Shown: piece after piece, positions 57,145 to 64,000 of the stretch
How positions within the stretch are numbered: the first letter of the stretch is position 1
Layout of the letters: every line of letters begins with the position of its first letter
Assembly: GCA_902510995.1 (NCBI GenBank)
Contig: CABXDL010000004.1
Span: 1,259-65,258 of the forward strand
From: an uncultured Candidatus Actinomarina sp.
GTDB taxonomy: Bacteria; Actinomycetota; Acidimicrobiia; Actinomarinales; Actinomarinaceae
DNA length: 64,000 nt
Reading direction: 5' to 3'
The notes under the pieces: generated by a model
The model's input: only the letters and a program-made list of their open reading frames with translations
Told to the model about the DNA's origin: nothing
Database searches by the model: none
Program-made: the position numbers and the translations under genes

Positions 57145-58793
57145 TGGGAATATCTAAACAATCAATAGAAGATTTAAAAACTAAATCAAAAATTAGTGAT
57201 TTTATCTTAAGTTCTACCACAGGAAAAATAAGAGGAAATAAGGGAATGGCATTGTGCCCATTCCATGGAGAAAAAACAGCAAGTATGAGTTTTACTGATG
57301 AGGAAAATTTATTCCATTGTTTCGGTTGTAAAGAAGGTGGAGATATATTTAAGTACATACAATTGATAAATAATGTAGAATTTCAAGAATCAGTAGAAAT
57401 AGCTGCTGATAAGTATTCTTTTAACTTAACTTATACAGATTCTAAATTTGAAACTAATCAAAAAAAATTGATAGATCATTTAAAAAAAATATCAGATTAT
57501 TTTATAAAAAATATGAATGAAGTAAAAAGCACCGAAGCATTAGATTATTTAAAAAATAGAAAACTTGACGATGAGGATATAAAAAATTATAAAATAGGTT
57601 TTGCAGAAAAAGACGAGAAAAAGATTATTGAATTTTGTAAAAGTAACGATATTTCTGATTCAGACTTTAAAAAATTAGGACTTTTTAGTGATAAAGGTAA
57701 TTTTCTTTTTAAAAATAGAATTATGTTTCCAATAACAAATTTCCGGAGTGAAGTAGTAGGTTTTGGAGGAAGAGCATTAGAAGATTATGGACCAAAGTAT
57801 TTAAACTCATCTGAGTCATCAGTTTATAAAAAAAATAGAACCTTATATTTTCTTCCAAATTTTTTAAAAGATATAAAAAAGCACAAGTTTGTAATTATTG
57901 TTGAAGGTTATTTCGATGTAATTGCATTTAATAGATTAGGTTATAGCAATGTAGTCTCACCTTCGGGAACGGCTTTAACTATTCAACAGTTAAACCAGAT
58001 ATCAAAATATACAGATGAAATTCATTTATGTTTTGATAATGATCAAGCCGGTATTGAAGCAACAAAAAGAATTGTTGAAATAAAAAACAATATAAGTAAA
58101 GATTTAAATATATATGCTATTTTGCTTCCTAAAAAATATAAAGATATTTCTGAATTTTATGAAAGTGGTGAAATGGACAAAAGTATTGATATTTTAATGA
58201 CAAGAAAAAAAGACCTAGTTGAATTCTGTATAGATGACTTAATTGATAAAGAAGGAGAAGCTAACAAAAAGAAGATATTTTCTGCTTACAAAAAATTCTC
58301 AATATATTTAAGCCCATTAGAAAAAGACTTATCAACAGAATATTTAGGTAAAAAGCTTGGTATCAATAAAGAAACTTTAATAAGTGAGTTAAGTTTTAAA
58401 GAAGATTTAGTTACAACTACAATTTCGCATGGTGAAGAAGTTGAGACAAATAAACATATTGAGACATTTAAAGATATTTTTATAGCTAGCTTAATAAAGA
58501 ACAATTTTGATCTTGATGATAAAGCAAAAGAAGTATTAGATTTGAGTGCTGGCTTGGATGAGCAAGTAAATCAATTAAAAACCAAAAAGGATTCAATTGA
58601 AAATGATAAATATCACAATATCTCATTTTCTAAAGAACAACTTGATGAATCAATAGTCAGGTTAATTTTATTTTATTCTGAAATAAAAATCCAAGATTTA
58701 ATTAATCAAATAGATTTGTCAAAAGACACCTCTTTATTTCCAGAAGTTGAGGAATTAAAAAAGAAAATAGAATTTTATCAGAATACACTTTAA
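57144..58793 (+). CDS. dnaG: DNA primase
   Basis: CHC2 zinc finger CPFHGEKTASMSF....LFHCFGC.EGGD and Toprim VEGYFDVI...DND.AG. Confidence 0.93.
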   Translation: MGISKQSIEDLKTKSKISDFILSSTTGKIRGNKGMALCPFHGEKTASMSFTDEENLFHCFGCKEGGDIFKYIQLINNVEFQESVEIAADKYSFNLTYTDSKFETNQKKLIDHLKKISDYFIKNMNEVKSTEALDYLKNRKLDDEDIKNYKIGFAEKDEKKIIEFCKSNDISDSDFKKLGLFSDKGNFLFKNRIMFPITNFRSEVVGFGGRALEDYGPKYLNSSESSVYKKNRTLYFLPNFLKDIKKHKFVIIVEGYFDVIAFNRLGYSNVVSPSGTALTIQQLNQISKYTDEIHLCFDNDQAGIEATKRIVEIKNNISKDLNIYAILLPKKYKDISEFYESGEMDKSIDILMTRKKDLVEFCIDDLIDKEGEANKKKIFSAYKKFSIYLSPLEKDLSTEYLGKKLGINKETLISELSFKEDLVTTTISHGEEVETNKHIETFKDIFIASLIKNNFDLDDKAKEVLDLSAGLDEQVNQLKTKKDSIENDKYHNISFSKEQLDESIVRLILFYSEIKIQDLINQIDLSKDTSLFPEVEELKKKIEFYQNTL

Positions 58794-58816
58794 TTCCTAG
58801 TATTATTAATTTACTA

Positions 58817-58889
58817 TCCGAGGTAGCTCAATTGGCAGAGCAACGGACTGTTAATCCGTGGGTTGTGGGTTCAAGTCCCACCCTCGGAG
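58817..58889 (+). tRNA. tRNA-Asn (anticodon GTT)
   Basis: Acceptor TCCGAGG/CCTCGGA, anticodon stem ACGGA/TCCGT with loop CTGTTAA, T-loop TTCAAGT. Confidence 0.9.
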
Positions 58890-58951
58890 CAAATAATTAT
58901 CAACAGAATTTCAATTATGTATATAATTAACTAATAGTTAATAGGAGGAAT

Positions 58952-59242
58952 ATGTCAGAAGCATTAGATTTTGTAAAGCAAAATGCTGAGGGTAAAGACC
59001 TTAGTGCTTTACCAGGATCAATAAAGTGGGTTGTAGATTCTCAAATTGTCTTTATGAACCCTGAAAATGGTGAAATAACAGATGAAGATGCCGAAGCAGC
59101 ATGCACAATTACAACAGACATGGAAACATTTAAGGGTATGTATGACAAATCAGTAAGCCCTCAAGCAGCTTTCATGACGGGAAAAATTAAAATTGCTGGA
59201 GATATGGGAATTGCACTTAAATTGCAATCTGTCATAGGCTAA
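58952..59242 (+). CDS. SCP2 sterol/lipid-carrier-like domain protein
   Basis: 96 aa. AFMTGKIKIAGDMGIALKLQ is the characteristic SCP2 C-terminal motif. AGGAGG lies upstream of the start. Confidence 0.8.
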   Translation: MSEALDFVKQNAEGKDLSALPGSIKWVVDSQIVFMNPENGEITDEDAEAACTITTDMETFKGMYDKSVSPQAAFMTGKIKIAGDMGIALKLQSVIG

Positions 59243-59247
59243 TTTAA

Positions 59248-59322
59248 GGGCCTGTAGCTCAGTCTGGTTAGAGCAACGGACTCATAATCCGTCGGTCGCA
59301 GGTTCGAGTCCTGCCGGGCCCA
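59248..59322 (+). tRNA. tRNA with CAT anticodon (elongator Met or lysidine-modified Ile2)
   Basis: Acceptor GGGCCTG/CGGGCCC (G1-C72 paired), anticodon stem ACGGA/TCCGT with loop CTCATAA, T-loop TTCGAGT. It lacks initiator features. Confidence 0.85.
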
Positions 59323-59326
59323 CTAC

Positions 59327-61321
59327 ATGAAAGGTATTATGAATTTAACTGAAGATAGAGTTAAATTAGTTGGATACACTTTTGCAATAAGTCTTTTAAT
59401 CCCGCCAAATGTTGGATTGAATATTATGGGATTAAATTTTGAAGATTTGCCTCTCGTACTTTTATTTGTTTATCTTTTTTACTTAAAAATACACGATTTT
59501 AAAAAAAATAATTTCGATATGTTTGATGTTTACTTTTTTATGTTTCTTACAGTATTCATCCTTTATACAAATTTATTTGTTGAAAATATGGGAATATTCA
59601 ATCAAACAAATTTGAGATTTTATTTTTATTTCTTTTTGTCATATTTATTTATAAGTATTTATGAGAGGAACAAAAACAACATAATATATATTTTTGACCC
59701 TCTTTCTATAGTTATGCTTATAAATTTTTTAATTGTAGTTACACAATTTCAAATTAATGGAAATTTAAATGGTTGGATTTCAAACAATACATCAGGAAAT
59801 AATCCTTTTACTTCAGGTCGTTTAGGAGGTCTTCAAGGTGGAGGTCCTAATGTAATAGGTATTATATGTGCAATATCTGCATTAGTTTGTTTATTCAAAA
59901 TTCTAAGTTCAAATGAAAATATTAATTACATAAAAAATAACAAATTTAATTCATTTATATTGTTGACTTCATTATTTAATTTGTATCTAACTTACTCAAG
60001 GGGGTCTTATCTAGCTCTTAGTATTGGTTTTGTAATTTTACTTTTAATGACAGATAGCTTAAATAAAACAATTAAATTTTATTTATTTACTGTATTTACT
60101 ATTCTTACTTTAATTTTTATTTATTTAAATCCATCGATATTTTTAAAGCAAACGAACAGAGGTTTTCTTTCTGAACTTGGAGTAAGTAATGTCAGTTTAT
60201 TTAAAGGCACAGGTGGAGGTAATTATATCAAGAGTGTATATAAAGATTATTTAGTTACATTAGACGATGAAACCTTAATGGAAGAGTTCAATATAACTTA
60301 CTCTGATTCTGAAAAGAATAATAATAAGAAAATATTAGCAAATAGTGACGGTCCTATAACTGAAGGTTATTTAAAACTTAAATTTGATTACAAAGATGGA
60401 TATTTACCTAGGTCTGTTATTTCTTTTTACTATTCAAATGATGGAAATGAATGGGACCAAATAGGCTTTAGTCACACAAATGGTGCCGTAATTAACTTAA
60501 TAGAAAATGATTCTTATTTTGAAGTTGGAGGATGGGGAGACGGGCAGTCAAATGACGGTTCTTTTTTAGATGCAGGCATTAAAAATGTAATTATTAAAAC
60601 TAATTTAGAAACCTCTGTATATAAATTTTCAAAATTCAGAAGAGGTCTTGATTATTTTGTTTTAACTCCAAAATTAAGAAATGTTTACAGAGGAGAAGTA
60701 AAATTTAATGATTTTGGTATTTTGTTAGAAAGGCCAAGAGATTACTGGTTAGCTTTACCTAATAATATAAATATTTCGAAGAAAGATTTTGAAGTAATAG
60801 TTAATTTACAAATAGATGAGATACCTAAAGGTAATGAAACATTATTTAGCCAAAGTTCTATATTTAGATTAAATGATGAATTTAATGATCAATCATGGAA
60901 ATGGGCAATTGTAGAAGGAAGGATGTACTTCTTTTGGATTGAAAATGTAGATAATGGCTATGTTAACTATTTAGGAGGGAAAAGCTTAAGGTCTGGGAAT
61001 CTAATTTCAAATAATGGACAATTTGACACTTCTAATATTCCAGAATTTGACATTTCTCAATTTGACGAGATAACAACTTCACATAATGGATTTTTGACAA
61101 TGGCAGTAGAGTATGGCTTTCTACCAGTTCTTTTAGTTGTTTTGGCATGCTTATATGGAGTAATCAAAAATTTTCAAAAAAAATATACTCTTGAGCTCAC
61201 AATATTTTTTATGTTGATAGTGCAGAACTTGACTAACGACTTAATATATTCACCAGATGTAAGTATCTATTTTTGGATTATTCCTATGTATTTTCTTAAT
61301 AATATCATTAAGAATCGATAA
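59327..61321 (+). CDS. Wzy_C/O-antigen-ligase-like polytopic membrane protein with large extracytoplasmic beta-rich insertion
   Basis: 664 aa. About 9 N-terminal TM helices. YSRGSYLAL and SHNGFLTMAVEYGFLPVLL are typical Wzy_C landmarks, here separated by about 310 hydrophilic residues (nt ~60145-61085). Starts 5 nt after the tRNA. Confidence 0.7.
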   Translation: MKGIMNLTEDRVKLVGYTFAISLLIPPNVGLNIMGLNFEDLPLVLLFVYLFYLKIHDFKKNNFDMFDVYFFMFLTVFILYTNLFVENMGIFNQTNLRFYFYFFLSYLFISIYERNKNNIIYIFDPLSIVMLINFLIVVTQFQINGNLNGWISNNTSGNNPFTSGRLGGLQGGGPNVIGIICAISALVCLFKILSSNENINYIKNNKFNSFILLTSLFNLYLTYSRGSYLALSIGFVILLLMTDSLNKTIKFYLFTVFTILTLIFIYLNPSIFLKQTNRGFLSELGVSNVSLFKGTGGGNYIKSVYKDYLVTLDDETLMEEFNITYSDSEKNNNKKILANSDGPITEGYLKLKFDYKDGYLPRSVISFYYSNDGNEWDQIGFSHTNGAVINLIENDSYFEVGGWGDGQSNDGSFLDAGIKNVIIKTNLETSVYKFSKFRRGLDYFVLTPKLRNVYRGEVKFNDFGILLERPRDYWLALPNNINISKKDFEVIVNLQIDEIPKGNETLFSQSSIFRLNDEFNDQSWKWAIVEGRMYFFWIENVDNGYVNYLGGKSLRSGNLISNNGQFDTSNIPEFDISQFDEITTSHNGFLTMAVEYGFLPVLLVVLACLYGVIKNFQKKYTLELTIFFMLIVQNLTNDLIYSPDVSIYFWIIPMYFLNNIIKNR

Positions 61322-62432
61322 CAGAATTTTTTTCTAGAAAATCATATATATTTTCTTTTAAAATTAATACCTGTCTACCGTCATCTAAGGTTATGAAGTT
61401 GATAGGGGCTGTAAGTTTATTTACTTTAGAAATTTCTAAATCTCTAAAAGTCCATAATAAGTCAACTGCATTGTTGAGAGATAAATTTTCATCTATTACA
61501 AATGTTTCTTCAAGTGCTTTAACAAAAGTATTAAGTTCGTTAATAGAACTAAAATTAACCAGCTCCTTAATTAATTGAGTTACTACATATTGCTGTCTTT
61601 TAATTCGAGTTAGATCGCTAACACCATTCATTAATTTCCATGTAGAGTTGTCATTACCATTAGCATCAACTACTTTTTCTCCTACTAAAACTTCGGTAGA
61701 TCTAGAAACAACCCAGTTTAAAGTGGCTAATCCATTTACAATTTGGCAACCTTTCTGAAGTTCAAAGCTGTAACCTTCTTTTTGAGTAACATCAACACAA
61801 ATTTCTATACCGCCAATTGAATCAATAATTGATTCGAATCCATTAAAATTAAAGCTGGCAAAATGGTTAACCTTCAAGCCTGAAATACTGTATATTGAGG
61901 CAGCAAGATTTTCAGCATTATTTCCACAATTATTTTTTACATAAGAAGCATTTATTCTCTCCAATTTTTCAGTACAGCTATTTTTTATTAACAAATCTCT
62001 AGGTATAGAAAGCAAAGTGGTGTTCTGATTCTCCTTATTAATTAAACCTAATATTATTACATCAGCTCTTTTACCATAAACCTTACCTCTTGTTTCAATT
62101 AAATCTGCTGATCTTTCGTCAGAACCTATTAACATATATACATCAAAACCTGTAATTTCTTTTTTTATTTCATTATTTATTAATAATTTTTCAATTTCAT
62201 TTTCTTGTTCTTCTGTTGTAAAGAAATCTTCTTCAGTTATGGAGTTTTCAATAATTTCTTCAGTTTCTGCGTCATTAGCTACTGTAGTTGTTGTTATTCC
62301 ATCTATAATGTCACTAATAACATCTTGACTAAATTCTTCTCTTTGAAAATTCGGTATTATAAGTGTCATAGTTATTCCTGCTATAGCAAGCAAACCTATG
62401 AGTAAATATGTATATTTATTTAAAAATTTCAT
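61308..62432 (-). CDS. LytR-CpsA-Psr (LCP) family glycopolymer-to-cell-wall phosphotransferase
   Basis: N-terminal TM helix, then IGSDERS....R.DVIILG......T.LLSIPRDL and LNWV.SR. Confidence 0.85.
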   Translation of the reverse strand: MKFLNKYTYLLIGLLAIAGITMTLIIPNFQREEFSQDVISDIIDGITTTTVANDAETEEIIENSITEEDFFTTEEQENEIEKLLINNEIKKEITGFDVYMLIGSDERSADLIETRGKVYGKRADVIILGLINKENQNTTLLSIPRDLLIKNSCTEKLERINASYVKNNCGNNAENLAASIYSISGLKVNHFASFNFNGFESIIDSIGGIEICVDVTQKEGYSFELQKGCQIVNGLATLNWVVSRSTEVLVGEKVVDANGNDNSTWKLMNGVSDLTRIKRQQYVVTQLIKELVNFSSINELNTFVKALEETFVIDENLSLNNAVDLLWTFRDLEISKVNKLTAPINFITLDDGRQVLILKENIYDFLEKNSVIDS

Positions 62433-62473
62433 TTATAACCAAATTACATACTATAACTCTATAATCTTTAATT

Positions 62474-63196
62474 GTGGTGAAAATAAAAAGCGTTATTGCT
62501 GCAGGTGGTCTTGGAACTAGATTATTTGGTTTTCGTGATAACGACAAAACAAAAATGATGTTAGAAGTTAATGGAATTCCTATGATTATTAGACAAATTG
62601 ATCAGTTGATAAGCTGGGGACTTGATGACTTTGTAATAATTACAAATCCCGATTTCAAGGACCTAATGAAGAAAGTAGTGAAAGATAGATTTCCAGATAT
62701 GAATTTTGAATATGCTATTCAAGAAACACCTCAAGGTATATCTCATGCTTTGCTTCAAGCAAAACAGTTTTTGAATAATGTTGATACTACGGTATTTGTT
62801 TTAGGAGACAATTTTTTTGAGGAAAATCCTTTAGAGGGTATAGAAATTGATACAGAGAATTTTAAGAAGGGTTGTTCAATATTCACTTTTAATGTTGATA
62901 ATCCAAGTGATTTCGGTGTTGCTGTTTTAAACAATGAAGGGAAAGTAATTTCTATAGAAGAGAAGCCTAAGAAACCAAAAAGTAATAAAGCTATTGTTGG
63001 GCTCTATATTTATGACAATACAGTTATTCAAAAAATAGAAACATTAAAGCCATCATCAAGGGGAGAATACGAAATTACTGATTTAAATAATTTATACATA
63101 AATAATAATTCATGTAAAAATATTGAGATTAATGGATGGTGGATAGATGCAGGAACCCCGGAAAGAATAGAAGAGTTAGAATCTAAATTACCTTAA
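62474..63196 (+). CDS. sugar-1-phosphate nucleotidylyltransferase (short RmlA-like)
   Basis: AAGGLGTRL (GxGTRL), LGDNFF, EKPK.PKSN.A..G.Y and WIDAGTPE. GTG start. Confidence 0.85.
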   Translation: MVKIKSVIAAGGLGTRLFGFRDNDKTKMMLEVNGIPMIIRQIDQLISWGLDDFVIITNPDFKDLMKKVVKDRFPDMNFEYAIQETPQGISHALLQAKQFLNNVDTTVFVLGDNFFEENPLEGIEIDTENFKKGCSIFTFNVDNPSDFGVAVLNNEGKVISIEEKPKKPKSNKAIVGLYIYDNTVIQKIETLKPSSRGEYEITDLNNLYINNNSCKNIEINGWWIDAGTPERIEELESKLP

Positions 63197-64000
63197 GATT
63201 TTCATTTGTCTTATTTTAAAAAATGAAAAAATAAATAAAATAAATAATCCCATCAAAGCAATGTAAGCTAAAAAGCCATTGCTAATAATTGAAAGAAGGA
63301 TAAGAATAAAGCAAGAAATGCTATAAATAATGAAAAAAATCAATACATTAATTTCTGATACATTTTTTGCTAATAGTCTGTGAGAGATATGATCAGTTCC
63401 ACCAGTTGTTGGAGCAATTCCACTTTTTATTCTGTGAGAAGTCACTACTAGTAAATCTAATAAAGGTATTATAAAAAACAATAATAAAGGATTTATAAAA
63501 GATGTATAAATTGTAGCTTCAATAGGATTCCAATTAAATAATATACTAATAAAACCTAAACAATACCCAATAAATAAACTACCTGAATCACCAAGATACA
63601 ACTTAGCTGGTGGATAGTTAAAAATAAAAAAACCAATTATCGTTGCAAATAATAATAATGAAATATCTGTTAACTTATATTGATTTAAGTAATTTGCTAG
63701 AAAAGCAATTTGTAAGCAAATACTTCCTGATACGATAACAGCCAATCCATCCATATTATCAATAAAATTAATTGAATTAATTATTATTAATATCCAGAGT
63801 GTTGAACCGAGAAAATTTAAATAATTATTAAAATCAAAACCGAAAAAAGATTCAATATTCAAGAATAAATTTAAATAATAAAGAGGGTAAAAAACTAGTA
63901 GAGTTTGAAAAAATAATTTAATGTACCATTTTAAGTTATAAATATCATCAAAGATACCCAGTAGTGAAACAATAACAGCAAAGATTCCTATTAAAATAAA
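63188..64000 (-). CDS. polyprenyl-phosphate sugar-1-phosphate transferase (MraY/WecA family, GT4 phosphotransferase), 5'-partial at window edge
   Basis: NSINFIDNMDGL motif. The reading frame stays open upstream of the ORF-track TTG (63862) to nt 64000 and encodes GIFDDIYNL (the DD motif), so the gene continues beyond the window. Confidence 0.8.
   Translation of the reverse strand, partial: FILIGIFAVIVSLLGIFDDIYNLKWYIKLFFQTLLVFYPLYYLNLFLNIESFFGFDFNNYLNFLGSTLWILIIINSINFIDNMDGLAVIVSGSICLQIAFLANYLNQYKLTDISLLLFATIIGFFIFNYPPAKLYLGDSGSLFIGYCLGFISILFNWNPIEATIYTSFINPLLLFFIIPLLDLLVVTSHRIKSGIAPTTGGTDHISHRLLAKNVSEINVLIFFIIYSISCFILILLSIISNGFLAYIALMGLFILFIFSFFKIRQMKILR

Noticed and set aside
59248-59322. 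Initiator tRNA-fMet
   Set aside because: Positions 1 and 72 are paired (G1-C72), and the anticodon stem (ACGGA/TCCGT) lacks the three consecutive G-C pairs typical of initiators. It is an elongator Met or Ile2(CAT).
1-64000. CRISPR arrays, rRNA, prophage, transposons, toxin-antitoxin pairs
   Set aside because: Scanning intergenic regions and ORFs showed no spaced direct repeats, no rRNA-like sequence, and no capsid, terminase, integrase or transposase-like ORFs. The largest non-coding gaps are under 170 nt.

Overview
This is an AT-rich (about one-third G+C by eye, not computed), very gene-dense 64 kb chromosomal segment. I call about 61 protein genes, one unlisted small ORF and 9 tRNAs, almost all on the + strand. 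I saw no rRNA, CRISPR array, transposase, integrase or reverse transcriptase. The backbone runs tig-clpP-clpX-valS-folC-ndk-mreBCD-pbp2-rodA-rne/rng-rplU-rpmA-obg-proB-proA-(moxR-vwa)-nadD ... rsfS ... leuS-(holA position)-rpsT/lepA-rsmE-hit-phoH-pgpH-ybeY-uppS-glyQS-dnaG. That is the conserved actinobacterial (Streptomyces/Mycobacterium-like) gene order. I therefore infer a genome-streamlined, low-GC actinobacterium, possibly a marine Actinomarinales-like lineage; this was not checked against any database. About 28 gene junctions overlap. Most worth a second look, in rough order of interest: (1) an orphan cassette at 3.2-6.1 kb with four or five tiny ORFs, three of them translationally coupled and two encoding membrane-anchored Cys-pair proteins, followed by a nuclease with two Cas4/AddB-like four-cysteine modules. 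(2) A 7-codon leader ORF (MNIIIII) plus a hairpin and a strong intrinsic terminator 12 nt upstream of citramalate synthase, which looks like an isoleucine attenuator. (3) serC translationally coupled to a DGHHR (ParB/Srx-like) protein inside a glycan module. (4) A MoxR-VWA pair wired into the proBA-nadD operon. (5) A Wzy/O-antigen-ligase-like protein with a roughly 310-aa extracytoplasmic insertion in a tRNA-flanked envelope-glycan locus. (6) A membrane metzincin fused to a DUF3298-like domain. (7) A mitochondrial-type aconitase. All functional calls rest on motifs read by eye from the supplied translations.
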